Shown here piece after piece: positions 1 through 12,224 of a stretch of DNA of 64,000 nt. The notes under the pieces were generated by a model that was not told the DNA's origin, searched no databases, and was given only the letters and a program-made list of their open reading frames with translations. Position 1 is the first letter of the stretch, and each line of letters starts with the position of its first letter. Position numbers and translations under genes: made by a program. Origin of the DNA: Felis catus (taxonomy: Eukaryota); the NCBI RefSeq assembly GCF_018350175.1, contig NC_058368.1, forward strand, positions 63,180,001 through 63,244,000, written 5' to 3'.

Positions 1-884
1 TTCCATGCTATCTTGGAAGATTTCCAAATAAAATGGGGATTTTCTTTATATAATCCGACCTGTAGTCAGATGTGTTAGAACATAGTTAATTTGCAAAAAC
101 TTTTAAAGCTTTAATCCATTAGGAATGTATTGTGCCCTAATTTGTGTCACCCAATACCATATGGTTTTCCAGGACTCCCTCCAGAAAGTGTATGCATGTT
201 TGTCTCATTGGCATTGGGTTTGGTTTATCCAAACGGTCCCAGCATCATTTATTCTTTCATCATTTCTTTCCATTGATTGAAAGTATTGACTTTATCTCAC
301 AGTCTTCCACTAAAATATTTAATAAATTAATAATTATTAAATCATTATTAGTAAATATTTCATAATTATTGAGAAAATAAGTGAATAAATGATTGAATTT
401 TACACTAAATTTTGACATATGCTTGTGTTTGCTACCAGGTCTTTCCATTTACTTCTATGAACCCAATCTATACACTAAATACTAAGTATGAATCAAAAAA
501 TGAGCCAATAAATCTTTCTACTTTCATGGAGACTACAATGTATTACTTGTTATGGCTAATATTCAGATGAAATTTTATAAATTTATAAACATTGCTTAGT
601 TTAACCCATGGCAATTTCCTAAAAAATAAATAAATAATAAGTATAGTTATTGCCTTATTGTTAATATGTATATGGCTTCATAGAAAACCTGTAAACACTT
701 TGTACATTTTATCATTAGCTGATTTACAGTGAAATATTGATTCTTTTTGATATACTACACCAACACAAATACCAAGAAAAAGACATAGACTACCTGAGGT
801 GAGAGTATAAAAATACAATATGTTTCTTCACTAAAGAACAAAGTGCAAGGTCAAGTACTGATCTTCTCAGAGTAGAATCCTTAC

Positions 885-902
885 CAGGCATCCAACTAAA
901 GT
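885..902 (-). other. Candidate 18-nt microexon of an unidentified minus-strand host transcript
   Basis: Minus strand reads tttcctctctaatttctgctcag|ACTTTAGTTGGATGCCTG|gtaagg: pyrimidine tract, CAG acceptor, GTAAG donor, length a multiple of 3. Confidence 0.3.
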
Positions 903-1920
903 CTGAGCAGAAATTAGAGAGGAAATCAATATTTCACCACTGAGTATTTTTAGAGTTTAAAATTATAGGACACAGAAGGCTCTGACACAGAGCAAGTGAA
1001 TGGTGCACAGTGTGTGTGTGTCTGAAATGTCTAAAAATGCTTCACTTGACAAAGCCTCAGAAGAGGTTATCCAGAGTGGCCAGCTTTGATAACTGCTTTT
1101 AACTTGTTTTTCCTTTAGATCTGGACACAGAGACAAAATGTTGTGTCCTGTGTAGGCAATGTCTACTAAAAATTACGTGCTTGCACCCAGTCCATTTTTT
1201 AAAATTTATTTCAATTACATGCAATGTCTTTCCCTTGTAAAATAATTAGAAAAATGCAAACTGGCTCAAAGGTGAAGTCTATTATTCAATAATTAGAAAT
1301 AATCACAGATAATATAATGGGCATGTCGAATTCATTGAGGTGTGTGACTTCACAAAATGGCTTGAGAACCTCAACTGACTTTATTTATATCACGATGGAA
1401 TTTCATAATGTAATTTTTAATGAAATTACAGTATTTTATTATATGGAGAACTATAATTTATTTAACAGTTCCCAACAACTCCAATGGGATATTGAAAAGA
1501 TATCCAGTGTGGTGCTTTTATAAGCCATCGTGTCATGAATGTCCTTGTAGTAATTTTTTTTATTTTATTGTATTATATTTTTATATTTTGAACAAGATAT
1601 AATGCTAGCAGAAAAAGCCCTGATAATTAAAGTGAAATAATCATCAGAGAAGTTAAAACAAGAAATTTTCCCATCTGGACCTAGAATTACTATTGCATTA
1701 TTAATATGCATTTTTATTACTTGAGTTGAATAAGTATATGTTGCTTGTCATTCTAATGCTTTTGTGAATTGCCTGTATATCTGGTGATAGATTATATTCT
1801 TGTTTCCAAATATTTGCTCCCTTTCTCTCTGTATAGATTGTATAACTCCACTTAATGCTTTTCGGGACGTCCTGCAGAAGACATATGCATCCCTGTTTCA
1901 TTGGCAGTGAGATCCCTGTG

Positions 1921-2017
1921 TGTTGTATATATGTTCAGTCTTCAATATAGTATGATGTTTTGACATCTAAACCTTTTCTGGTTAGGGAAAGATTACCCCT
2001 CCTAGAGTTAGCTAATT
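1921..2017 (+). mobile_element. 5' fragment of an old ERVL-type LTR (MER74-like)
   Basis: TGTTGTATAT...TGATGTTTTGACATCT...GATTACCCCTCCTAGAGTTAGCTAAT resembles the recalled MER74-family start. Confidence 0.45.
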
Positions 2018-2310
2018 TGGGGGGATGGAGAGGGTTTGGACAATAAACATTACTCTGGGAAAATTTATTCTGAATTTAAGGTGGAGATGCCTAAAACACC
2101 TCATTCTCTACATTGGTGGTATATCAGGCAGGATATGACTAATGACTCCAAAATCTTCATACCCCATAACCAGTCTTTGTCTGTCTGTCCGTCTGTCTGT
2201 CTATCTCCCACCTCCTATCTATCTCGCACCACATTTTTTAAAAAAAGTTGTTTGGACATTTTGCTCCATGTCTTCTCTCTCTGGGATCTAGGCTGATAGA
2301 GTAGCCACCA

Positions 2311-2313
<3 letters not shown>

Positions 2314-2343
<30 letters not shown>
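2314..2343 (+). repeat. Poly(A) run, A30
   Basis: Counted directly. Confidence 0.95.
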
Positions 2344-2345
<2 letters not shown>

Positions 2346-4595
2346 AGGAGGAAAGAGATAAATGATAAATTGCATAGTGGCTCTTAAATATTCTACCCAG
2401 AAAAAGCACATTATCTCCACTAGCATTCCATGAACCAAAACAATTCATATGATTCTAAGGGGAAACAGTGTACAGGCCTATTACAGAACTGGAAGGAACA
2501 TCTTAACTATTTACGGCACAGCTCTAATGACCACCACTGAATAACCACGGTAACTGAATACAAGACTTCCCAGGCTGGGGCTAGATGGAGATGCACATAT
2601 GCTGGTGTAGAGAGAGTCGTAGTGTGGTTAAGAGAAAAGGGAAGGAAGATTCTTAGTAATTATAACTCTAACCACTCAGCTCTGTGACGGCACCGTGGAA
2701 AAACCTGTACAGTTCAACCGCAGTTTGGATGAGTGATTTCTAGAAACACCCCCAGGATGTGTGTATACTAACTTGTTTGTTTGCTTTTGTTATGGTTTTT
2801 TTTAAGACTCACATTTATCCTGCCTCTCAGTTTCTGGGGGGAAAAAAAACAAAAACAAAAACAAAAACAACTCCCACACAAAACTCTATTTGTAAAAAAA
2901 AACGTTTTATTCAGTGTCTTGAAACAATTCCTAAGCACATGTCTTTTTCTTTACTAGGTCAGCAAAAGGTTTAAGATATACTGGTACCAATGTATTATGG
3001 TCTTGGCAGCCTGTAGGCAGCATAGTGAGGGTGAAGGAATCGGCCAGCCTTAAATTGGGAATACAACTATTATTTAATTTCTTTCCATGAAGAAAAGATT
3101 CTTACAATTTTAAATAGAAAACTTGAAAGAAAAATAGTCCTACTTTCCTTCTGTCTTTTAACACAATACACATTAAATTTAATGAAAAGAAGTCCTTCAT
3201 TTTGAAAAGGATCATTTAAGAAATGAAAATGTCCTAAGAAAAGAAAATGAACGTTGGAGTCTAAATTCCAATAAATGTCTTCTCTGGTTGATTCAGTGTC
3301 ATTCACTAAATCATGTGATTTGGTCACAACTGCCAAGAGCCTGCAAATATCTTTGTCCTAGGATGAAATTAAAAGAACTTAGAAATATGTATTATATACA
3401 ATACTCTAGGCACCACTCCGGAGTCTGACCTCAGTATACATTACAAGAATATATATTATTAAGGTAGTTAAAATGTGTACTTTTCTTAAATAATATGTAT
3501 TTTTAACATATACCCAACAAATATAAAAAACACAATTAATAATTACAAATACAGTAGATATTTAGGTGGAAACAATGAACGGTATTTTGCTGTATCTGGC
3601 ACATATTTGATTCTTTTGCACACAAAGAAATAGAAATCCTGCCCACAGGCTTCTGTGGGAATTGCAGTGTATTTCATAACTAATATGAGACAACATGGCT
3701 AGTCAAAAAGTACCTTAGTTACGTAATTCAAGACCTGCTTGATTAGTTTTACACTGCTATGTCCCCTGCATCTTTTAGAAATGATCATTTTGCTTTATTG
3801 GTCTCATGCCTGGTCTCCATAGTTTTAAGCAGCCAACCAGAAACCCCAGGAAATTCTGTTCTAGACATTGCTTCAAAGAGATAGTGCCCTAGCATGGCAT
3901 GTAGATAAAATAGGAGCTATTTGTTTTATGGTTCACTATGACTAGCTGATATAAAAGCTCACCCGTAATGGGCTTCCTGTGAGTTACAACATGGTAAAAC
4001 AAATCACAATGACACAATATGAATAGAGTGTGGATCTCTGAAATTTTGGGGGAAAGATAGACCACAGCCCCAGCAAGCATGGAATCCCACAAGCTAGGAG
4101 AGTATATAGGTCCATATCTTAATTCATGACTGTTCTGGGTTGTCAGAAAAGTTGGTAAGAAAAGCTTATTAACATCATTTTTCTTCCTGATGCCTGATAC
4201 TTGGATGTTTATCCCACATCCTAAATTGGTTGAAAATATGATCACTTTATTGTATAGTTATAAATATTATGTAGTGATTAGCTCTATGTGTCTTAGAAAT
4301 TACCAACAGTCTCCTTTTTTGTGCTCAAACTACAAATAGAATTCATGTAGACCCATGTATTTTATTCTTCACCTTTGTGAAAGCCAATTTTCCTTGAAAT
4401 AAATTGTGAGACCATAGTCTCAGAAAAAAAGCAGAAATGAAAAGAGAGGAAGATGTACAACAATTACCACTCCCCTCCTAGTTTCTCAACTGCTATGCTC
4501 AAACTACTACAAAGAAAGGAAAACCATAATATAGGCAAGTATAGTTTCTTCCTTTCTTTAGAAAGAAAATGACAGTCTCATTGACCTTGGCTCAC

Positions 4596-4671
4596 CTGCT
4601 GGCACATCTCAGACTTGCTTCAGGGTACTTATGGTGTAAATATCCAGGAACAACACTAGTTCGCCATTTTT
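4596..4671 (-). other. Candidate 76-nt exon on the minus strand
   Basis: gtttttgtttctattag|AAAAATGGCG...GCCAGCAG|gtgagc; one frame open (KWRTSVVPGYLHHKYPEASLRCAS); no homology recognised. Confidence 0.25.
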
Positions 4672-5419
4672 CTAATAGAAACAAAAACACACCAATTTGA
4701 GAAGATGAGAGCAGGAGAATATTATCGGAAACAATCTACTGTGTCTATTACCCCCCAAAATGCCTGAATCTGTCTCAGGAATAAAGCTGCTGAAGTAAAG
4801 AGTCCAGTTCCTTCATTTTTAAAAGACAGATATAAATGAGTTTTGCAGTCTTATTTTTTTATCCCGAGCATCATGTTCCAATGTGGGACATGCGCTTTTG
4901 ACTCCTAATATGTTAGTGACCTCTTTCTTCTTAGTCCATCTTATTTGCCACATTAATGTTCTTCATATTCATAAAAGGAAGTGAAAGCAGGATACTTTTC
5001 TTGTCTGTTAGAAATGAATCATGACCTCACATACTGAAGTATAAAAAACACAAAGTAAATTATACTATGATCGTAATTTGGCAGAACTAATTTTTGATAT
5101 TCTTTTCCTGAGTTAATGACCATGAAGAGCTTTTCTGCAATCATGACTATTTCTCATAAATCTTGGATATAGAGGGTGTTCAATAATGTTTTTAATGAAC
5201 TCATAGATGTATATGGCAGTCATATCCCAACATGAATAATATTTCTGCAGAAGTGTATTTCAGATAATGTTAGGAGATGAAGATAATGAGAAGATATTAT
5301 TTTCAGTTCAGGGAACTGTTAATAGATATTGAAGAAAGATATTGTGAACATATTGAATTTTCCTCAGAAGATGTAATTTGTAGTAATTTTGATAAAAACA
5401 TTAATGAATAAAACTCCAT

Positions 5420-5700
5420 GTGTCAGAGGCTGCCAGCTGATTAGAAAAGTTATTTCTTCCTCTTCCAGGGACAGAGCTAGACAACATTCTTCAGGCTCCA
5501 TCAAAATTACATGTGGCCATGTGATTGACTTCTCTTCAATAGAATATGAATGAAAATGATGTGTGCTACTTCCCAACCTGAAGGTAGAAAGTTCCTCCAA
5601 GATAAAGGAACTGAGACATTGAATAACCACATAGATGGGTGCTTATTAGGAATCACTATTTCAGACTTCATGTGAACATTAAAAAAACTTCTGTTTGGGA
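5420..5700 (+). mobile_element. MaLR LTR (MLT1J-like)
   Basis: CTAGACAACATT...TGTGGCCATGTGATTGAC...AATAGAATATGAATGAAAATGATGTGTGCTACTTCC matches the MLT1J/K core. Confidence 0.7.
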
Positions 5701-5773
5701 ATAACAAAAGAAGTTGCACATATGATATGACGGACTAAGCTTCTACCAGACCAGCCTTTCCACAGAAAACAAC

Positions 5774-6529
5774 TGTCGTAGACTCTGGGTCTAAAGTTCT
5801 TTCTTGTCTAGCAAGAAAGTGGGACACAGGATTTAAAGCGAGAGATGGCTAATTTCCAGGAAAAGGAAAGAGCCCCAAATAAGGGTCCTTGCCTTGTTTC
5901 TTCAGGATCAGAAGGCTTATAAACATGGTGATGGACTTGTACAAAGAGACAATGAATCTGTGAACATTAACTTGGGGATATGAGGAAAAGCAGGTCTTGA
6001 AGATACTCAGGGTTAGGGGTTTGGGTTAATACAAAATAAAATCCTGGCACCAGGCTGGCAGAAGGTTGTTTACAGCAGACATGAGGCACCACCTCTGTTT
6101 ATCTTAGTCAGCCTAGGGGATGAGACAGATAGAGCAGGTAACCTCAGGGTTAACAAGGCACCTTGTCTTTTGCTAATCAGCTCTGCTCTGGGTAGCTTCA
6201 CCCGCGGTGCAGCAGTCTATAATCCTATTTACCTGTTTACCTAATTTGGTCCTTCCTTCTCCTGAAAGCAGCTTTCTGCTACAGTACTAAATTGGGGTGG
6301 GGGGGGGGGGCACTTTTGCCTTGAATACCTAATCTTGTTTACCTCATATACCTTTGTATTGGGGACCTTTGCCCTACCTCTCTATTCTGGGGGCCTTACC
6401 CCCCCATCTTTATTCACCTAATCTTGTTTACCCAAACTTGGGTGTGAGCATCCTATGAGCTTTGTAATTCTTTATGCCTTGTTAACCCATTGGTGCAAGC
6501 CCAGGGAATTTCTAAACTTATTCCCCACA
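5774..6529 (-). mobile_element. 3' LTR of a class II (betaretrovirus-like) ERV
   Basis: Minus strand starts TGTGGGGAATAAG (6529) and ends ...CGACA (5774); directly preceded by a polypurine tract, as in HERV-K PPT+TGTGGGG. Confidence 0.85.
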
Positions 6530-6548
6530 GTTTCCCCTTTTTGTTTTT
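6530..6548 (-). promoter_or_regulatory. Retroviral polypurine tract (PPT)
   Basis: Minus strand AAAAACAAAAAGGGGAAAC abuts the LTR-initial TG. Confidence 0.8.
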
Positions 6549-8400
6549 CTTGGTTCTTCTAGTTTTGTGTTTGAGGACCATCATGACAAGCTCCTGGTCC
6601 TTCTTTTGCTTTTGGGTGGCCTGAAAAGTGATTCTGCAAAGACATAAAAAGAGGCATAGTAAAAGCATTCTGCTTCCCAAAGTTATCCAGAATTTGAGAT
6701 GGGTGCCAGCCGTAAGTGAGAAAGGATTTTGGTCACGCCACATTTCTCAGGAATCAGCCTGTTCATTTTTTAAGCTGATCCTCTGTATATGGTAGCTGTT
6801 GGCGCAAAGTCATAGCTAAATCTTCTATATTGTCAGAGAGGTGGGAAGAAAAGACACTGGAAGGTGTGTCTGGACAGCATCCCAAGCTTGGGAGTGATTA
6901 TAAGGAATGCCAGTGGTGCAGATATGCTGGTAGTTAGGATTACAGGGCATTTTAGAGTGGAGGAACAAGGCTTTCTGTCTTTTTCCAATAAATTCCGCTG
7001 CAGCCTCAAGAGCTTCGAGGTGGGCCAAAACTTGTCTATCAATAAAAGTTTGGCTTATAAATTCTTTGGTAGTGTTGACCATAAATTTATTAAGGACATG
7101 GGCTGTCTGGATAGTATGATGCAGTGGCAGAGGCGATAACACTTACTGCTGCTAGGATGTCCATGATTAACAGGCCAACAAATCCTTTTTGCCTTGCATC
7201 AGAATGCCAGTGTCGAATAAGCTTGTAAAGCATGCCTAGTCCTGATGGATGCATATAGGGTTCAGAACTATTAACAGGAACCCAGGCTGAGACGTGCTAA
7301 GTACTAATAAGGAGGAGATATTTGAGTGATGTTATTATCACTTATGCAGGACATAAACCAGCCCTGGGAGGAAGAGATATTGTAATGATTTTCTGGTTGG
7401 TTCATCTGTAAAGTGGAAGTAGCAAAGATAATGTAGGGAGAAGGGATACAAATAGTGGTCCATACAAATTGATCGTTGTGCAGGGAGGCCCAAGTTAGGT
7501 TAGTATGCTGATTTGCGTAAATTTCACCATGGCTAATAGTACGAGTGAAGAAGGGAAGACCTAGCTCCCAAAGATTAACAAGCCAGGGTCCTTTTAATTT
7601 CCCTTTATGTGCAGAAATCATAGGGCCAGACAAACCTCTGTCTTTCCAAAAAAATATTCTCCCTAGTAAACTGGTCAAAGGACATGGTCTTATTAGAATA
7701 TTTTGTTTCAAGAAGTCCTCTAGGACCCCTGTCAATAATAGTCCAATTTCCCCAGTGAAGATTATGCTCAGTCTCTCCATAACAGGTTGTCCAATGAATG
7801 TTATTCCAGGGGTGGTCTGAATGTTTGAGACTACTGGTAAACATGAAATGGATGAAACATGTAACAGGACTTCAAAAATACTGGCTCCCTTTCCTTCATA
7901 ACCACAAATATCTTGGTCCCCTGAATCTTATACTCTAATCTTAAGAATCTAGTTTAATCTACTGAATTAATGGGACAATGTCCCTACCTAATAAATAAAA
8001 AATTCTTGTGAAGACCCTAGAAGTAGAACCTAGTTTTTCTGAAAAACCTACAAATGTTTTCTGAAAAACCTGGAAATTGATGAGGAAAAAGACAATATGG
8101 TCTCTATGCCCAGACAGGAAGGAGATTTGATTCATTTGGAGAGAGGCTAGGAACTGAAATGAAAAGGGCAACTTTGGGAAATATGCAACATTCAAGGAAC
8201 AAAGACTTCATAAAGCTTTGGGGTCCTCAGACAACCTCAGTCTCATATTTGGGAAAAGATATATTTTCTGTACTGCTACTGATATTGGTCCTAACACAGC
8301 AAGAAATAAAGGAATTAGCAGCATTCGGAAACCCAAAGCTTTTACATCTTGGGTCTCATCAGGAAGCAGGACCCTAGAAGAAACCTTAAGCCTCATGGAG
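6530..8400 (-). pseudogene. env: Decayed betaretrovirus-type envelope gene (SU+TM), frameshifted
   Basis: Colinear motifs: signal-like MLLIPLFLAVLGPISVA; AYFPKLP; TIIDRGPRG (HERV-K TIIDWAPRG); CIPSPY; WVPVNSSEPY; degenerate furin RQKG (7183-7194); fusion peptide FVGLLIMDILAAVSVIASATAS; heptad IDRQVLAHLEALEAAAEFIG; CX7C loop CNPNYQHIC; anchor LLLCLFLCLCR; basic tail running into the PPT. Confidence 0.9.
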
Positions 8401-8704
8401 CATTTTTGTAACAAAAGCCACAGCAAGGTGTTTGCCTCAAGTAGCTATAGAAGCAGGAAATAGCAGCAGGTTGTCTGACAGTAGAAGAACATGAAGTGTT
8501 GGCCATAAGTATACAGAAAACCCCAGAGACTTTCATAAATAATTGGAAGTTTTAGGAAAGGTAACAGCTAAGGCCCTACTTTTATTCAGGTGAGAGATAA
8601 TGACCCAGCAACATTAAAGACATTAATTTTAATATGATTATTCTGTTAGTCATGTAACTCTATATCTGTAGAGATATGAGTTACCCACATATCGATTCAG
8701 TTCA

Positions 8705-8708
<4 letters not shown>

Positions 8709-8752
<44 letters not shown>
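8709..8752 (+). repeat. (CT)22 microsatellite
   Basis: Counted directly. Confidence 0.95.
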
Positions 8753-8757
<5 letters not shown>

Positions 8758-9149
8758 GATCTGACATTAGGCATACGTTCCTTTGTTACATATTTGGGAC
8801 CAAGTTCTGGTGGTATAAGCTGGAACTACAGGATTATACCTTTCCTAAATTTCTGCAGAAAAATTAGACAAATTCCTTTAGCTTCCAAAGGTAAAATATT
8901 CTGTCCCAGTGAGCTTAGGAAAATGGCCCAATAGAAGGTGCTATAGAATAATAATTTCTATTTGAATATGTAAAAGAAAAAACAGACATGAAATTCTGGT
9001 GGAGAGACAAAGGCAACCAGAAATAATCGGTGTTTCCTTTATCCTGTATTTTTCCAGAAAGGCTTTCTTGTTCCGATTTATAAGTCAGTCCAGTAGTTTC
9101 CTTTGACATGGCATTTAGTGTGGGTAGCAATTCTCCCATTCAATTTTAC

Positions 9150-9235
9150 TATCTTTGAGGTAGTTATTCTTATTATCTACATTTTACAAGTGAGGAAACA
9201 GGCTTAGAAAGGTTAAGTAACTTGTCCAAGTATGC
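9150..9235 (-). mobile_element. MIR fragment
   Basis: ATTTTACAAGTGAGGAAACAGGCTTAGAAAGGTTAAGTAACTTGTCCAAG is the reverse complement of the MIR core. Confidence 0.8.
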
Positions 9236-10589
9236 TATTCATGTGAGTTACAAATTATATTCTTTCCAGAAGCATTGAACTGAATATTTAAGCTCTTTTG
9301 ACTCATAAGTTATAGAAAAATATGCTTAATACCAGAAATAATTTTTCCAGAAAGTCTATCTAGATATATCAGAGGATCTTAATCTGTATTGCCTTATTAT
9401 TGTCTTTTATTAGATGATGATGATCAAACTCCATCAAGTTGAAATACATAGTAGGTGAAACTACTTCAAAACACTGTTCCCAAAGGAAAAACCACCCTTA
9501 ACAAGTTGATGTGCATTCTTCTAGATAAATGTGTATGTTTTAATTTATAAAATATTGCATTTATTTTCGCTATATCATTTTCCCCTTAACCAATTTCCTT
9601 GTGAATTGAATTGCTTCTAGTGTTTTGTTTGGGTTTTGTTTTTTGTTTTTGTTTGTTTGTTTGTTTGCTGTTTCAAACAATGCTGCAGTTGATTTTGATT
9701 TTGAAATTGCTTCTAAAGGATCAGTTTATGTATGAAATACTACATTTTTCTGTATAATTAATGTATATTCAGAAAGGGCATACTTTTCCACCAAAACCTG
9801 AGTAAGAAGAGCAAAATATTGGTTACTTAGTATCCAGGAGTTTGACTCCATATAGCCAAAATGCAGACCCACAAGTATCACTCTTTTCCTTAATAGCTGA
9901 AATAAGGCCAAAATCCCTGAATGGCCTACAGAAAAAGGAAGGACAGAGAGTGAAAGTACAAAAGAAAGCACTTGTGTGATTGATTTCTAGTTCTCTAATG
10001 GACCAACATCCTTTAATTAAATTTGTTATAAATGGGATGTTAATTATTGTTTCTACTGAAATTCAACCTCTCTAGTTTTATGAATAATTTTATAAAAGTA
10101 CCTATTATAAATCTGTAGCAACATCATGGTCAATTCCTCCCTATCTGGCAATTAACTTTAACACATTTCCATGAATTAAATCCCATGATAATTGCAGACA
10201 TAGGAGAAAAGTTGAGATCCAGTAAAATAGATCGACCGGGTGAAAGCACTTTCTAGAATAGACCAATAATAGTAAAATAATATTATGTATGTCCACAGAT
10301 TTTTTTAATATCAATTTTTCCATCATACCTAACAGATTATGAAAGTTTCTGTCTTCTTGAAGAGAGTAATTTGTATACTTTATGCATATCCACAAGATAC
10401 ACAAACCTCAAAAGTTGCATGACCAAAGATATACTAGGCTTCATCTCACTACTTTGTGAATTGTCAGAATAAGTGGGACATCTGAGAGAATACGTGGATA
10501 TGTGTATAGTTGAATGATAAATGGAGTAAATGGAGGAATACACAGGCAGGTGGATAGATGGATGAATAGATAAGTATATAAGTAGATAC

Positions 10590-10770
10590 TTTAATTGAAT
10601 GCTTGTATATTCTAAGCACTATAATAAGGTTTTTATGTAAATTATCTTTCTTAACCTTTATAGGAATCCTGTGAAAAAGGCATCGTAAGTGAGAAAAGTG
10701 AGTCTTAAAGCTGAATTCCCCATGATCTTGTAGTTAATGAATGGTGCAGCTAGTATTCAAACTTGAAATT
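10590..10770 (-). mobile_element. MIR fragment
   Basis: Degenerate MIR core and 3' end in reverse orientation. Confidence 0.6.
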
Positions 10771-10786
10771 TAAAAACAAAGACACT

Positions 10787-11420
10787 CATTCATTCAATAT
10801 AATTGAGTGACCATTATGTACCAGAACCATTCTAGGCACCACAGATAAATAGCAAACAAGACAGACCATGCCTCTGCTCTCATACAGTTTATATTCTACT
10901 TAAAAGAACAATAAAAATATGTAAGTATGTAATCTATTGGGAGCTAATGAACACAATGGAAATGTAAAAAACCAGGCGGGGGAAAAGATCCTGAGGGCAG
11001 GGAGTCTACCACTGTTTTTATATAGAAAGGGAAGGCATTTGAGCAGAGATCTGAATGAAGTTCAGCACTGCCTTCAAGCTATCTGGCTGAGCCAGATTTC
11101 TTGCAAAAGGAAAAGATTCTCTCAGGTCAGTGTTGGCTAGATGTGTGAGCAAAACCGCAAGGAGGTCAGCACTGGCTAGAGTGGGATGAGTGGAGAGTGT
11201 TGCGGGAGGCAGGGAGGTAGGGGGTGAAGCGGAGAAGTTATCACCGGGGAAAGCACCTGGCCCTTCATCTGGCATTTTATTCAAAGTGAAATGGGAAGCC
11301 ATTTGAGCACTGTTGGGGGGGGGGGGGGGTGGCAGACTGTGCTCCAGTGTTAATAGGATAACTGGCAGCTGTAGGGAGAGCCCATGGTAGGGAAGCAATA
11401 AAGAGACAAGTTAGGAGAGT
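10787..11420 (-). mobile_element. L2 LINE 3' fragment
   Basis: CATTCATTCAATATAATTGAGTGACCATTATGTACCAG...CTAGGCAC is the L2 3' end reversed, followed by typical L2 body. Confidence 0.75.
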
Positions 11421-11459
11421 GATGTCAACCCTGTCCCACCCACTGCATTTTTTAAAGTG

Positions 11460-11665
11460 TTTTTTTTTAAGTCTATTTATTTATTTTGAGAGAGAGAGAG
11501 AGAGAGAGAGGCAGAGAGAGTAGGAAGAGAGAGAGAATCCCATACTGGCTCTGCACTGTCAGCAGGGACTCCAATGCGGTACTTGAACTCACGAACCCAT
11601 GAGATCATGACCTGAGCTGAAATCAAGAGCCGGACACTTAACCAACTGAGCCACCCAGGCGTCCC
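11460..11665 (-). mobile_element. CAN-SINE
   Basis: tRNA-derived head (GGGACGCCTGGGTGGCTCAGTTGGTT), (CT)n tract and A-rich tail on the minus strand. Confidence 0.95.
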
Positions 11666-12224
11666 TATGTTTTTTAAATTAAAAACAAAAACACCACCTT
11701 TACTACTCTAAATAAAGTATCTATACAGCCAATTACCAAAATAAGTCAAAATTTAGAATAATTAAAAATTCAAAAGCCCTATTTATAATACCAGAGAGCA
11801 ACAAATATAAAACAACTTATTTTAAAAACCATACGTTTGCATAAATGTCTTTTCCCGCAAGAATACATTAGAAAATTACTGGTCAGAAATGACTACTGGC
11901 CTGATTTTGACACCCATACATATGCCTGTGGCACATGTGAAGCTAAGAGGGCCAGCCAATACAGGTGTTTTACGCTGGGAACTCACAGACCAAAAACAGC
12001 ACAGCCAATGTTATTTTCCGAAATGGTGAAAAAGTCCTGTTTCAAACAACACCGAGTACAGCCTTTCTTCCATTTATACAGTAGGTTCATTCCTTGAAAA
12101 GTCCATGTACGTTTAAAACAAAAACCCACTCCGTGTTTATGAGTAAAATGAAATCAGATTGTAGGCTCAGAAATGACTGTGAGTGTGGAGCATTTAAAGG
12201 GCAGCAGGATGGGGGATAGCGACT

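Noticed and set aside
2314..2343. A30 run as the tail of a processed pseudogene
   Set aside because: No poly(A) signal, TSD or recognisable upstream body
6530..8400. env as a domesticated syncytin-like gene
   Set aside because: Several frameshifts and stops plus a mutated furin site; not an intact ORF at this locus
8915..9139. 74-aa minus-strand ORF as ERV pol, pro or dUTPase
   Set aside because: No retroviral enzyme motifs recognised
9608..9716. AATTGCTTCTA direct repeat around a (GTTT)n tract as a TSD
   Set aside because: Short AT-rich match within decayed L1-like sequence; chance is plausible
11018..11398. 126-aa proline-rich ORF
   Set aside because: Lies within L2, and the prolines come from a poly(G) run
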